Of a DNA stretch of 64,000 nucleotides, positions 1 through 9,563 are shown one piece after another. A program made the translations under genes and the position numbers. The stretch is taken from the NCBI GenBank assembly GCA_965213705.1, contig OZ243913.1:2048001-2112000 (forward strand). The letters run 5' to 3'. The notes under the pieces were generated by a model that saw nothing but the letters and a program-made list of their open reading frames with translations, was not told where the DNA came from and made no database searches. This stretch comes from Trueperaceae bacterium. GTDB taxonomy: Bacteria > Deinococcota > Deinococci > Deinococcales > Trueperaceae. Numbering within the stretch: position 1 is the stretch's first letter; each line of letters opens with the position of its first letter.

Positions 1-241
1 GAAACACCATCCCAAAACCGCGCGCTTGCGGGGTGGCGTGGGTGATGTCGTCGGTCCCCAAGCTTATTCGGCCCCCGTCTACGTCTTCCAAACCCGCGAT
101 AAGCCGCAACAACGTACTCTTGCCGCAACCCGACGGGCCGAGCAAGGCCAAGGTTTCACCCTCGGCCAACTCTAAAGACACGTTGCGCACGGCCTGGACC
201 GCACCGTACCGTTTGCTGACGTTGTCTAAACGCAGGCTCAT
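1..241 (-). CDS. ABC transporter ATP-binding protein (5' part; runs off the window edge)
   Basis: Manual translation from ATG 241: MSLRLDNVSKRYGAVQAVRNVSLELAEGETLALLGPSGCGKSTLLRLIAGLE; Walker A motif GPSGCGKS. Confidence 0.9.
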   Translation of the reverse strand, partial: MSLRLDNVSKRYGAVQAVRNVSLELAEGETLALLGPSGCGKSTLLRLIAGLEDVDGGRISLGTDDITHATPQARGFGMVF

Positions 242-564
242 AAGAGGATTCACTATAACGCCAAGTCCGGGCGGCAACGCGCACGCTCCAACACAGTCCC
301 TAAGCGCAACCTAGTTTTAGAAATCCACCGTCAGCGTGACTATTTCTGCAGAAATGCAAACTTTACCCTCCGTTTTGTAAATTTTCTAACTTCGTTGTGG
401 TAAAGCGGTGTAGGCTTTTGCACACGACGGCTGTTTTTCATGTTCTTCATAAATTTCCAAGATAGGGTCGAATTCGGTTTGGGTCCGCACCTGCGAGCCC
501 TACAAAACTCATGAGGAGGACGCCTGTAGAACACTTTTAGACGACAAAGCGTGTAGGGGATCTT

Positions 565-641
565 CCCCGAGCGGCGACGACACCTGTCCTTCTACATGGG
601 CGCTTAAGAACAGGTCGAGCCAGTAGCGCAACCGGCTGGGG
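565..641 (+). ncRNA. Cyclic di-GMP-II riboswitch
   Basis: Stem ACCTGTcCTT/AAGaACAGGT; loop TGGGCGCT can pseudoknot with AGCGC in the 3' GAGCCAGTAGCGCAACCGGC; outer CCCC/GGGG stem. Matches the class II consensus (GGGCAC...GAGYYAGTRGYGCAACCGGC). Confidence 0.8.
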
Positions 642-747
642 CACACTCGTACCGCTGTCTTTTCACCCCAGATTGTTTCACGCGCGAGCGTGTTGTAAGC
701 GAGCGTCCAGACCGTAAGGTTTGGGCTTTTTCACGAGGAGTTTGGTC

Positions 748-2997
748 ATGTCTGATAAGTTACGTCGGCGCTGGTGCGAAAGCGTGTTCTGTTTGGTTCT
801 TGTGGCATTTTTGAACGCTTGTGGCGGTGCACCGCAAGAAACCGTACTGCAAGAACCTATATTCGACGGTCTGGAGGTGCAAGCACGCGTCGGCGACTTG
901 CTGGTGAGTCGGACGGCTGACCGCGGTGCCCCACAAGTGCTCGACGCGAGCCAGGTGGCGGGCAAAATTTACACCCACCTCGGTCTGAAAGACGTGCGCG
1001 AAGTCAGCTATTACCTCAACGACTTAGAACGCTCCGGCGCGCCTCACCAGCATGAAACCCTGGCGCCTTTCGACGTAGGCGGCACGCTGGGCAACGGTCA
1101 GGCCGGCGGCTTCGACACGCGTGTCTTGAAAGACGGTATCAACACGCTGACGGCGGCCGTAACCCATCAAAACGGACAAACCAAAGTCGTCACCGCAACC
1201 TTTTTGGTAACGAACGAGCCGGGTTCGAACCTGAGCGAAACCCTGCTGCTGAGCCGTTCGGCCCGGCGCTTGGACGCCGTCGCCCTGGACGGGCAAACGG
1301 TCAAGGGCAAAATGTACGTCTTCTTTGTGCCCCGCGAGCCCGTTCGGCAAGTCGACTTCTACCTGGACGGCCGGCACACCACGCGCGAGCGCCATCCCTT
1401 TTTCGACTTCGGCACGACCGCTCGAGACGGAACGTCGCACCCTTTCGACACCTCGGCCCTCACAAAGGGCGAGCACACGCTCCGCGCGGTCGTCACCCGC
1501 ACGTCCGGCAACCAAGACGAGGTGACGGCGACGTTCAATGTCGGTCAACCGAAGCCCGCCGACCCCGGCCCGACCGACCCTGCTCCTGACGACCCGACCC
1601 CGAACGACCCGAACCCAAACGACCCGAGCCCGAACAACCCGACCCCAAACGACCCTACACCCGAGCCCGAGCCGACCCCCGAGCCGGCTCCCGAGCCCGA
1701 AAGCCCGGTGCCGGGCAAGATGGCGCGGCTGCAAGTCTCTGACAACGGCCGTTACCTCCAAACCGCTTCGGGCGCGCCGCTGTTCGTCTTGGCGGACACG
1801 ATGTGGGGTCTAGCGACCCTGAGCGAGTCCGAAGCCGACTTCTACTTCAAAACTCGCAAAGAGCAAGGCTTCAACACCATCCTCGGCCCGGTCGGCTGGG
1901 GCAGCCACTTCAAAACCCCCGCGGGCGACGACCTGGACAAGCCCAAACAGGGCGACGACGCCTACTACCGCCACCTCGACATGCTCGTCGCCAAGGCCAA
2001 AAAGCACGGGCTGTACCTCGGTTTCGTGGTGCAATGGGGCAGCGCCGACCGCATGAAAAAGTTCAAAAATCCGGAAGAGGCTTACGACTACGGCCGTTTT
2101 ATCGGCAACCGTTACAAAAGCGAGCCGCACCTGTTCTGGCTCGGCGCAGGCGAGTACACCCTGGCCGACAAAAAATTCTTCAAGCACCACGCAGCGGTCG
2201 GCCGTGGCGTCAAAGACGCGGTCGGCTCGCGCCAACTCGTGACGCTCCACCCGGCCGGCGGCGAGGGTTACAAAAAGCAGTCGAGTTCTGACTTTTTCCA
2301 CGACGCCGACTGGCTCGACTTCAACTCGGTACAAACCTGGACCCACGACGCCAGCACCTTTAAGAAAATTAAAGACGACTGGAATTTGAGCCCGACCAAA
2401 CCCGTCTTTATGTCCGAAACGAAGTACGAGGGCGAAGGCTCGGACGCTTTCCGGGTGCGCCGGCTGGCCTACTGGTCGACTTTCTCAGGCTCGCTCGGCT
2501 TCGGCTACGGCCACGGTAACATCTGGTCGGGCAAGCGCGACGGCAAAGACTGGCGCGGCGCGCTGCAAGCGCCCGGGGCCAACGACCTGCGCCACCTCTC
2601 GAGCCTCGTGCGCAGCCGCAGCGAAACGCCCAACGGCAAGGTCATCTACTTCGACCGCCGCCCCGACGACGGCCTGGTCAAGCGGGTCGACGGCGGTAAA
2701 AACTCGGACAAAGCCAGCGAGCGCGGTCACGTCGCCGCCATGCGCGACGACGACGGCAGGTACCTGATGGCTTACGTGCCGACCGACGGTTCCACGCGCA
2801 GCCTCACCGTCGACATGGGTGCCATCAAGGGTGCCAAAGCCAAAGCCTGGTGGTACAGCCCGAATTCGGGCGACGCCCGCGAAATCGGCGTTTACGACGC
2901 TTCGGGCTCACGCACTTTTGACACGCCGAAAAGTGGCAAAGACTGGGTGCTCGTCGTCGACGACGCTTCCTACAACTGGACTGCGCCGGGACGGTAA
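748..2997 (+). CDS. Secreted lipoprotein: two repeated Ig-like domains, Pro-rich linker, DUF4038 (apiosidase-like TIM barrel) and C-terminal putative collagen-binding domain
   Basis: GAGGAG RBS before ATG 748; lipobox-like FLNAC; repeated unit L.SR.A.R...LD.Q.V.GK.Y; motifs LADTMW, HPAG, WLDFNSVQTWH, KPVFMSETKYE, AWWYSP..G, DWVLV. Confidence 0.75.
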   Translation: MSDKLRRRWCESVFCLVLVAFLNACGGAPQETVLQEPIFDGLEVQARVGDLLVSRTADRGAPQVLDASQVAGKIYTHLGLKDVREVSYYLNDLERSGAPHQHETLAPFDVGGTLGNGQAGGFDTRVLKDGINTLTAAVTHQNGQTKVVTATFLVTNEPGSNLSETLLLSRSARRLDAVALDGQTVKGKMYVFFVPREPVRQVDFYLDGRHTTRERHPFFDFGTTARDGTSHPFDTSALTKGEHTLRAVVTRTSGNQDEVTATFNVGQPKPADPGPTDPAPDDPTPNDPNPNDPSPNNPTPNDPTPEPEPTPEPAPEPESPVPGKMARLQVSDNGRYLQTASGAPLFVLADTMWGLATLSESEADFYFKTRKEQGFNTILGPVGWGSHFKTPAGDDLDKPKQGDDAYYRHLDMLVAKAKKHGLYLGFVVQWGSADRMKKFKNPEEAYDYGRFIGNRYKSEPHLFWLGAGEYTLADKKFFKHHAAVGRGVKDAVGSRQLVTLHPAGGEGYKKQSSSDFFHDADWLDFNSVQTWTHDASTFKKIKDDWNLSPTKPVFMSETKYEGEGSDAFRVRRLAYWSTFSGSLGFGYGHGNIWSGKRDGKDWRGALQAPGANDLRHLSSLVRSRSETPNGKVIYFDRRPDDGLVKRVDGGKNSDKASERGHVAAMRDDDGRYLMAYVPTDGSTRSLTVDMGAIKGAKAKAWWYSPNSGDAREIGVYDASGSRTFDTPKSGKDWVLVVDDASYNWTAPGR
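1552..1701 (+). repeat. Coding Pro-rich tandem repeats (PxDPx/PND/PEPEP, 15- and 6-bp units)
   Basis: PADPGPTDPAPDDPTPNDPNPNDPSPNNPTPNDPTPEPEPTPEPAPEPE. Confidence 0.9.
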
Positions 2998-3008
2998 ACA
3001 CTTCCTAG

Positions 3009-3042
3009 CACGAGAGGACATCGGCTTCGGCGTCCTCTCGTG
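3009..3042. terminator. Hairpin between convergent genes
   Basis: CACGAGAGGAC...GTCCTCTCGTG inverted repeat. Confidence 0.55.
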
Positions 3043-3044
3043 TC

Positions 3045-3815
3045 TCACTCCAACCGCCCGTAATACACCTGCGTCCGGTAACGAAACGCGACCGTGGCTT
3101 TTTCAGGACCCTCTTCAGAAAATCGTTCGAACAAAGCCTCCAACGCGGAGGTCATCTCCGAATAGCGGGCGTGCTGGGGCGTCGGCATGTACGAGGACGA
3201 GGTGACGCGGCCCAGCAAGCTTTCAAAGTCGAAACTCTGCACGTTTTCAAAGCTTGCCAGGTTGAACCCTCCGGGCGCAAAAAAGTCGGTCAGTGCCTCG
3301 TCGCCGACGTTTTTGTGTGACACCTCCGCGTAGTCGGTCGCGTAGGTTTGGGTGAACGTTTCGTAACTCTCCAAAAACGGGGTGTCGGTCAGGCGCTCGT
3401 TCCAGACGAGCACGGTCCAGCCGCCGCGTTTGAGGACGCGGGCGAACTCAGGCCGCGCCCGCTCTCGGTCGAACCAGTGAAACGCCTGGCCCGCCGTGAC
3501 GAAGTCGGCGCAGGCGTCGGGCAGCGCCGTCGCCTCGGCGGTGGCGTCCACACTTGTAAAAGCGGGGTGGCCGGAAAGCAGGCGCTCACCCGCCGCGCGC
3601 ATCTCCCGGTTGGGCTCGACGCCGTAAACGGGGTTGCCGTTCTGCAAAAAAAGTTCGCTCAGCTTGCCCGTACCCGAGCCGACGTCGGCGACGACGCTCT
3701 GCGGCGTCAGGCCGCACTCGCTTTGCAGCAGCCCCAGCACCCCACGCGGGTAGTCGGGGCGGTACTTCACGTAAACATCGACGCGGTCGGAAAAGCGTTC
3801 TAGCGGGTTGAGCAT
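3045..3815 (-). CDS. Class I SAM-dependent methyltransferase
   Basis: YVKYRPDYP, VADVGSGTG, VEPN, AGQAFHWFD. Confidence 0.9.
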   Translation of the reverse strand: MLNPLERFSDRVDVYVKYRPDYPRGVLGLLQSECGLTPQSVVADVGSGTGKLSELFLQNGNPVYGVEPNREMRAAGERLLSGHPAFTSVDATAEATALPDACADFVTAGQAFHWFDRERARPEFARVLKRGGWTVLVWNERLTDTPFLESYETFTQTYATDYAEVSHKNVGDEALTDFFAPGGFNLASFENVQSFDFESLLGRVTSSSYMPTPQHARYSEMTSALEALFERFSEEGPEKATVAFRYRTQVYYGRLE

Positions 3816-3821
3816 CCTGAT

Positions 3822-4349
3822 TTATACCTCGAGAGCCTCGAGCCAACGCCTCATAGCCTCAGGCGAAGGCAGCCGCACGAAATTGAGATGACTATACTCG
3901 GGGTTGTTCAGAAGCGCCGTGTACCTCTCGCGTTTAGCCCGGTGCGTGCGCAAAGCCCACAAGAATAGCGAGTCGCGGCTCAAAAACTGTTCCCAAAAAC
4001 GTTCTTTGTTGCCGTTGTAAAGCTCTTCGCGCAAAAACACCCTGCGAAACGTGCGCGGGGTGAGCTGTTTGAAAACAGCAAGAAGCGGGTAGTCGAGCCA
4101 GACAAGTGTGTCGGCCCGCGCCAGCACGAGGTCTTGAACGGCGCTATAGTTTCCGTCGGTCACCCAGGCATCGCTGTCCAGAGCGGCGTCGACGCGGCGA
4201 CGGAACTCGTCGGTTGGGAGCGCTTGCCAGCCGGCTTGCCAGTGGACAGCGTCGAGTTCGATGTGCTTTACGCCAAGCGTACCCGCCAGCCGCCGGGCCA
4301 ACGTCGTCTTGCCCGAGCCGGTTTGGCCGACAACCGAGATACGTTTCAT
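3822..4349 (-). CDS. Adenylate kinase-like P-loop protein (FlaR/topology modulation family)
   Basis: MKRISVVGQTGSGKTT, ELDAVHW, WVTDGNY; start overlaps the upstream stop (ATGA). Confidence 0.85.
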   Translation of the reverse strand: MKRISVVGQTGSGKTTLARRLAGTLGVKHIELDAVHWQAGWQALPTDEFRRRVDAALDSDAWVTDGNYSAVQDLVLARADTLVWLDYPLLAVFKQLTPRTFRRVFLREELYNGNKERFWEQFLSRDSLFLWALRTHRAKRERYTALLNNPEYSHLNFVRLPSPEAMRRWLEALEV

Positions 4350-5230
4350 TCCAATAGGATAGTGGGCTCGAGCGCGACCTCCGCCTTTTCTCCGTCCGAC
4401 GTTTTCCAGGCGTAGGCCATGTGCGGTGCGTTGAAGCCCACGCACACGCGCCCGTCGGCGGTCGCGCAGATGAGGCCGCCGCTGCCGCCGAACCGCTTCA
4501 CGTCCGCAAGCGCCCTCGCCACGGCTTCTTCTAAAGCTTCGCCGCGCTCGAGCCGCAGCGCCACGTCCTTGGCCGTCACCGCCTTCATAAAGGCCTCGCC
4601 CTTGCCCGTGCAGGAGATGGCAATTTGCGGCGTCGCGTAAGTCCCCACACCGATGAGCGGCGAGTCGCCGACCCGCCCCGGCCACTTGCCCAAGACGCCG
4701 CCCGTGCTCGTCGCGGCGGCTAAGTTCCCCGCCTCGTCCAGCGCCACCGCGCCTACTGTCGCCGAGCCGACCGGCCCGGCGTTTTGTTCCCGCCAGCGCT
4801 CCAAGGCGGCCCTCGTCCGCTCGGTCAGCAACACGGCGTTGTCAACGGGATTAGCAACGAGCGCGTCCGCCCCCGCGCCGACGAAAAAAACGTGCGGCGT
4901 CTCGGAACGCACCTTGTCGGCGACGAGAACAGGGTTTTTAGCCTTCGTCACACTCGCGACCGCGCCGCAAGACCCGTCCGAGAGCATGACGGCCGCGTCG
5001 CACTCCACCACGCCCTCGCTCGTCGGTGAGCCGCCCGTGCCCGCGTTGAAAGCGAGCGGGTTGTCCTCCATCAGGGTGATGGCTTTGAGGACGGCCTCGA
5101 GCGCGCTGCCGCCGGACTCGAGTACAGAAAAGCCCGCGTTTCTGGCCTCGAGCAGGCCTGCTTGGTAGTTGTCTCTGTCCTCTTCCCGAATGGTGCCGGA
5201 GCCGCCATGGATGAGCAGGGTGATGGGCAT
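4346..5230 (-). CDS. iaaA: Isoaspartyl peptidase/L-asparaginase (Ntn hydrolase)
   Basis: IHGGSG, FNAGTG, TVGAVALD, AATSTGG, GRVGDSP, CTGKGE. Confidence 0.9.
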   Translation of the reverse strand: MPITLLIHGGSGTIREEDRDNYQAGLLEARNAGFSVLESGGSALEAVLKAITLMEDNPLAFNAGTGGSPTSEGVVECDAAVMLSDGSCGAVASVTKAKNPVLVADKVRSETPHVFFVGAGADALVANPVDNAVLLTERTRAALERWREQNAGPVGSATVGAVALDEAGNLAAATSTGGVLGKWPGRVGDSPLIGVGTYATPQIAISCTGKGEAFMKAVTAKDVALRLERGEALEEAVARALADVKRFGGSGGLICATADGRVCVGFNAPHMAYAWKTSDGEKAEVALEPTILLE

Positions 5231-5274
5231 GAATGATTGTACTAAAACTTTGCATAAATGAAAGAAAACGCTAA

Positions 5275-5293
5275 AACATACTTATGTTAAAAT
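5275..5293 (+). promoter_or_regulatory. Palindromic operator overlapping the extended -10 of the TA operon
   Basis: AACATA-CT-TATGTT palindrome (5275-5288) overlapping TGtTAAAAT, 5 nt before ATG 5299. Confidence 0.55.
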
Positions 5294-5298
5294 GAGCT

Positions 5299-5562
5299 AT
5301 GGCAACCACAACTGATAAAAAACGCACCACCGTCTATATGGCCCCCGACGTGCTCGAGTTCCTCGGCATTCGCCGCGCTAAAGGCGCGGGCAGCGTCTCG
5401 CAACAGCTCGAGGACTTAGTCCGCGAACAAATGCCCCGCCGCCTCAGCGCTGAAGAGGTTAGCGCGTTGGAAGCTCGAGACATAGGGGGCTATCAGGCGC
5501 AACCGCAAACACAGGACGAACTCGCCGCCTGGCTCGGGGAGCAGGTCTGGGCCGAGGAGTGA
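5299..5562 (+). CDS. Putative ribbon-helix-helix antitoxin
   Basis: Small ORF with KKRTTVY strand and acidic C-terminus ending GY..QPQ...W; overlaps the toxin start (GTGA). Confidence 0.7.
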   Translation: MATTTDKKRTTVYMAPDVLEFLGIRRAKGAGSVSQQLEDLVREQMPRRLSAEEVSALEARDIGGYQAQPQTQDELAAWLGEQVWAEE

Positions 5563-5882
5563 AGCGCGGCGAGGTCAGGTGGTATACCTTCAAAGCCCCC
5601 GACAAACGCCGCCCCGTGCTGGTATTGACCCACAACAGCAGCATCGGAGTCTTGAGCGCTCTAACCGTGGCACCCATCACCTCGACCGTTCGCGACGTGC
5701 CTTCGGAAGTTCTGCTCGACGAGGATGACGGGCTTACGAACGAGTGTGTGGCTAACCTCCACAGTTTGCAAACGGTGCCGAAGGCTAACCTGGGACCGCT
5801 CGTCACGACGCTATCTGAAGAGCGGATGCGGGAGGTCGAAAGGGCTGTTCGGTTCTCTCTCGGATTCGAAGAAGTGTTGTAG
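5559..5882 (+). CDS. mazF: MazF/PemK family toxin
   Basis: KRGEVRW, KRRPVLVLT, VAPITST. Confidence 0.9.
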   Translation: MKRGEVRWYTFKAPDKRRPVLVLTHNSSIGVLSALTVAPITSTVRDVPSEVLLDEDDGLTNECVANLHSLQTVPKANLGPLVTTLSEERMREVERAVRFSLGFEEVL

Positions 5883-5942
5883 TTGCTTGCGGAAACCAGC
5901 TTAGCGAAAATCACAAGCCACTCTCGCCACCACTTGCAACCC

Positions 5943-7091
5943 TCAGGTCAGCGCGTGCGGGTCGAACAGCCGCGCGTACTCGTCGCCGGCAAAGCGGTCG
6001 GTCATGCTCGCTAAGTAGTCGGTCACCGCCCGCACCAGCCCGCGCACCTCGGCGGCCTGTTGTACGTCGGTCGGCAGCATCGTCGGCGCGGCCACGTAAG
6101 CCTCGAAGATGCGCGCCAGGATGTGGTCGGCCTTTTTGGTCATGCGGATGAGCCGGTAGTGAAAGTAAAAGTTCTGGTAGAGAAAGTTCTTCAACTCGCG
6201 CAGCCGCTCGCGCATCTCGGGCGAGGAGGCGACGATTTTGTGCTCGGCCCCGCGCACGTCGTCGATAGAAGCGATGTTCAACTCTTTTAAGCAAGCGTCC
6301 GTATGGTAAATCGCGTCTTCGATGACTTTACCCAGCAGTTCACGGACGAGGACGTAGCGCTCCTGGTTGGTAAAGCTGCCGGGGTTTATCTCGAGTTCGG
6401 CCAGCAACGCCCCGACGAGTGGAATATCGGCAATCTGTCCCGGCGTCAAGATGCCGCTGCGCAAGCCGTCGTCGAGGTCGTGCGCGTTGTAGGCGAGTTC
6501 GTCGGCGATGTTGACGACCTGCGCTTCTAAACTCGGCTGTTTGTCGGGCTCCCAGTCCGGGGCGGGCAGGTCGTACTCGGTTTCGTGTTTCATGATGCCC
6601 TCTAAGGTTTCCCAGGTCAGGTTGAGGCCCGGAAAGTCCGGGTAGCGCTCTTCGAGTTCGGTTACCACGCGTAGAGACTGTTTGTTGTGGTCGAAACCGC
6701 CGACCTCTTTCGCCAGCCGGTCGAGCGTTTTTTCCCCGGCGTGGCCGAAGGGCGGGTGGCCCAGGTCGTGGGCCAGCGCGATGGTCTCGGTCAGGTCCTC
6801 GTTCAGCCCGAGCGCCCGCGCCACGCTTTTGCCGACCTGGACGACCTCTAAGGTGTGCGTCAGGCGGGTGCGGTAGTAGTCGCCCTCGTAGTTCACAAAG
6901 ACTTGCGTCTTGTACTCGAGCCGCCGGAACGCCGAGGTGTGAACCACGCGGTCGCGGTCTTTTTGGTAAGCGGTCCGGTAGCCGCTCTCGCTTTCGGCGT
7001 GAACGCGGCCCCTGGTGCGACCGGCCAAACTCGCGTAGGGCGCGAGCGTGATTTGTTCGTTGGCCTCGAGCTTCTCCCTGGTGTAGAGCAT
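5943..7091 (-). CDS. dgt: Deoxyguanosinetriphosphate triphosphohydrolase
   Basis: RDRVVHTSAFRRLEYKTQV, RTRLTHTLEV, AHDLGHPPFGHAGE, IADELAYNAHDLDD. Confidence 0.95.
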   Translation of the reverse strand: MLYTREKLEANEQITLAPYASLAGRTRGRVHAESESGYRTAYQKDRDRVVHTSAFRRLEYKTQVFVNYEGDYYRTRLTHTLEVVQVGKSVARALGLNEDLTETIALAHDLGHPPFGHAGEKTLDRLAKEVGGFDHNKQSLRVVTELEERYPDFPGLNLTWETLEGIMKHETEYDLPAPDWEPDKQPSLEAQVVNIADELAYNAHDLDDGLRSGILTPGQIADIPLVGALLAELEINPGSFTNQERYVLVRELLGKVIEDAIYHTDACLKELNIASIDDVRGAEHKIVASSPEMRERLRELKNFLYQNFYFHYRLIRMTKKADHILARIFEAYVAAPTMLPTDVQQAAEVRGLVRAVTDYLASMTDRFAGDEYARLFDPHALT

Positions 7092-7190
7092 GAATTATCG
7101 TAGCAGACAGGACGGGAATGGGTAGGGGCGCACCCGAGAAAAGGATACGGGTTGGACAAAACCCCTTGTCGGGGATTGACATAACTCTTT

Positions 7191-7310
7191 CGCGTGACAT
7201 TGAGACAAATCGGTTTTGACCTTACCTCCCTTTTTAGGGGAGGTGGCCCTGTGGGGGTCTGCTTCTGAGCTTGCGCGTTTATCACGTCTCAATCGCTCTT
7301 GGAACCGCTG
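7191..7310. repeat. Dispersed intergenic repeat family A, copy 1
   Basis: Highly similar to 20112-20221; central ACCTCCC-TTTTTAG-GGGAGGT hairpin; TGAGAC...GTCTCA inverted pair. Confidence 0.85.
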
Positions 7311-7386
7311 ATAAATGTAGCCGCGTTTTTGCTTGAGCCAAGCTCGAGACTTCATCGTCTTCTCGAGACTCGTTACACTGGACCCT

Positions 7387-8163
7387 ATGAGCGAACTCAC
7401 CGACCTGCTCGACTTTGCCACCGAAACCGCGTTCCAAGCCGGACAGCTCACGCTCCGCTATTTTCAAACCGGCGTCGCGCCCGACACCAAGGCCGACGAC
7501 TCGCCCGTGACGGTAGCGGACCGGCAAGCCGAAGAACTTATCCGGGCACGCATCGAAAAAACTTATCCAAACCACGACGTGCTCGGCGAAGAGTTCGGGG
7601 GCAGCGGCGAGGGCGCAAGCCACCGCTGGGTCGTCGACCCCATCGACGGGACGAAGTCGTTCGTGCGCGGCGTGCCGCTTTACGGGGTGTTGCTGGGGCT
7701 CGAGATAGACGGCGTCGTCCAGGCCGGCGTCGCCTACTTTCCCGCCCTCGGCGACATGGTTTATGCCGCGACGGGCGAGGGTTGCCGCTGGAACGGGCGG
7801 CGCTGTTTTGTGAGCGAGGTCAAAACGCTGGACCGCGCCGTCGTCTCGTTCACCGACACGGGGAGTTTCAAAAAGTTTGGGCGCGGGCCGGCTTGGGAAC
7901 GCGTCCAGGACGCCTCATACCACCGCGTCGGCTGGTCGGACGCATACGGGCACGCCCTCGTCGCCACCGGTCGCTGCGACGTGATGCTCGACCCCGTCAT
8001 GAACCCCTGGGACTGCGGCCCGTTCCCGGTGCTGCTCCGCGAGGCGGGCGGCTACTTCGGCGACTGGGTCGGGAACGAGACGATTTACGGCGGCGAGGCG
8101 CTGAGTACGACGCGGGCGCTGTTGCCGGAGGTGCTCGAGGTTTTAGGAGAAAGGGGAGAGTAA
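7387..8163 (+). CDS. hisN: Histidinol-phosphatase (inositol monophosphatase family)
   Basis: KADDSPVTVADR, GEEFG, WVVDPIDGTKSF, PWD; TACACT -10 seven nt before ATG 7387. Confidence 0.8.
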   Translation: MSELTDLLDFATETAFQAGQLTLRYFQTGVAPDTKADDSPVTVADRQAEELIRARIEKTYPNHDVLGEEFGGSGEGASHRWVVDPIDGTKSFVRGVPLYGVLLGLEIDGVVQAGVAYFPALGDMVYAATGEGCRWNGRRCFVSEVKTLDRAVVSFTDTGSFKKFGRGPAWERVQDASYHRVGWSDAYGHALVATGRCDVMLDPVMNPWDCGPFPVLLREAGGYFGDWVGNETIYGGEALSTTRALLPEVLEVLGERGE

Positions 8164-8318
8164 GCCCCGCCTGTCATTCTAAACGCAGTGCAGCAAAGTG
8201 AAAGAACCTCTTTTTCGTTACCGCTCGAGAGTTTCTTTCGCTGTAGTTCAGGTTGACAAAAAGTTTGAGTCAGTTCCCGATCAGCCGACTAAAAAAGAAC
8301 GACGAACAACGTCTACCT

Positions 8319-9152
8319 TTACCGTCCAAACCGCCGCTCGCGCTCTTGGAAGTTGCGAATCGCCCGCAGAAAGTCGACCTTGCGAAAGCTCGGCCAATAG
8401 GCGTCGCAAAAGTAAAACTCGCTGTAGGCCGTTTGCCACAGCAAAAAACCCGACAAGCGCACCTCGCCCGAGGTGCGAATCACGAAGTCGGGGTCGGGCG
8501 TGCCGGCGGTGTAGAGGTAGCTGTGAATCGCGTCGGTCGTAACTTCTTCGATGAGACTGTCCAGGCTCATCGCCCCGTCCGACTTGTGGTGGAGCAGCTT
8601 GCGCACGGCGCTGATAATTTCCTCGCGGCCACCGTAGCCGAGGGCGATGTTGAGGTGCATTCCGCGGTAACTCTCTGTGGCAGCTTCGATGTTGCGCAGC
8701 GCCTCTTTGGTCTCGTCGGGAAAGTCGTCGACGTTGCCGATGACGCGCACCTGGACTTTGTTGGCGTGCAGCTTGGGGTCGTCCAGCAACTCTTTGGCCT
8801 GCCGGGCGAACAGGGTGTGCAGGTGCGCCACCTCGTCGGAACTCCGGCCCTTGTTGTCGCTGCTGAAGCCCCACAGCGTCACGTGGTTGATGCCGAGTTC
8901 CAGGCACCAGTCGAGCACTTCGCGCGCTTTGCCCGCGCCGTAGTCGTGGCCCGCCTTAACGTCTAGGTTGAGCGTCCTGGCAAAACGCCGGTTGCCGTCC
9001 ATGATGATGCCGATGTGTTTGGGCAGTTTGTCGTTTTTGGCGATGTCGCTTAAGAGCTGGCGTTCGTAGAACCAGTACAGCGGGGCGGTGGCCTTGTCCC
9101 ACACCTTGAGGGCACGCTTCGTGCTCGAGAAAGTACCGGTGACGCTGCTCAC
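8319..9152 (-). CDS. uppS: cis-isoprenyl diphosphate synthase (UppS family)
   Basis: HIGIIMDGNRR, GFSSDN, GYGGREEI, DPDFVIRTSGEVRLSGFLLWQ. Confidence 0.85.
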   Translation of the reverse strand: MSSVTGTFSSTKRALKVWDKATAPLYWFYERQLLSDIAKNDKLPKHIGIIMDGNRRFARTLNLDVKAGHDYGAGKAREVLDWCLELGINHVTLWGFSSDNKGRSSDEVAHLHTLFARQAKELLDDPKLHANKVQVRVIGNVDDFPDETKEALRNIEAATESYRGMHLNIALGYGGREEIISAVRKLLHHKSDGAMSLDSLIEEVTTDAIHSYLYTAGTPDPDFVIRTSGEVRLSGFLLWQTAYSEFYFCDAYWPSFRKVDFLRAIRNFQERERRFGR

Positions 9153-9236
9153 AGCTTAAATGTACCCCAGTCGGCGTGAGAAGGTGATGAAATAGACACA
9201 GTCCCGCGGGGAGTCGAAACTGCTATCCTGAGCCCT

Positions 9237-9563
9237 ATGAAGCGCCGTGTCACCGCTGCAGAAGCGTTCGAGAAGCTACCCCCTGAAGGCGGAACGCGCT
9301 TTGTTTCCACGTTCGAGCACGGCACCCTTTCTGTCGAACTCTACGCCCCGCGCGGCCACGACCCGCAGACGCCGCACACGCGCGACGAGGTCTACGTGGT
9401 GGTGAGCGGGACGGGCACGTTTTTTCACGGGGGCAAACGCGAACCGTTCGGCCCCGGCGACTTCTTGTTCGTTGAGGCGGGTTTGGAGCACCGTTTCGAG
9501 AACTTCAGCGACGACTTTGCAACCTGGGTCCTGTTCTACGGCCCCGAAGGTGGCGAAGCGTGA
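9237..9563 (+). CDS. Cupin domain protein
   Basis: QTPHTRDEVYVV, PGDFLFVEAGLEHRF. Confidence 0.85.
   Translation: MKRRVTAAEAFEKLPPEGGTRFVSTFEHGTLSVELYAPRGHDPQTPHTRDEVYVVVSGTGTFFHGGKREPFGPGDFLFVEAGLEHRFENFSDDFATWVLFYGPEGGEA

Noticed and set aside
5299..7091. mazEF plus dGTPase as an anti-phage defence island
   Set aside because: The dgt looks like an ordinary housekeeping type, the genes are convergent, and no other defence genes are nearby.
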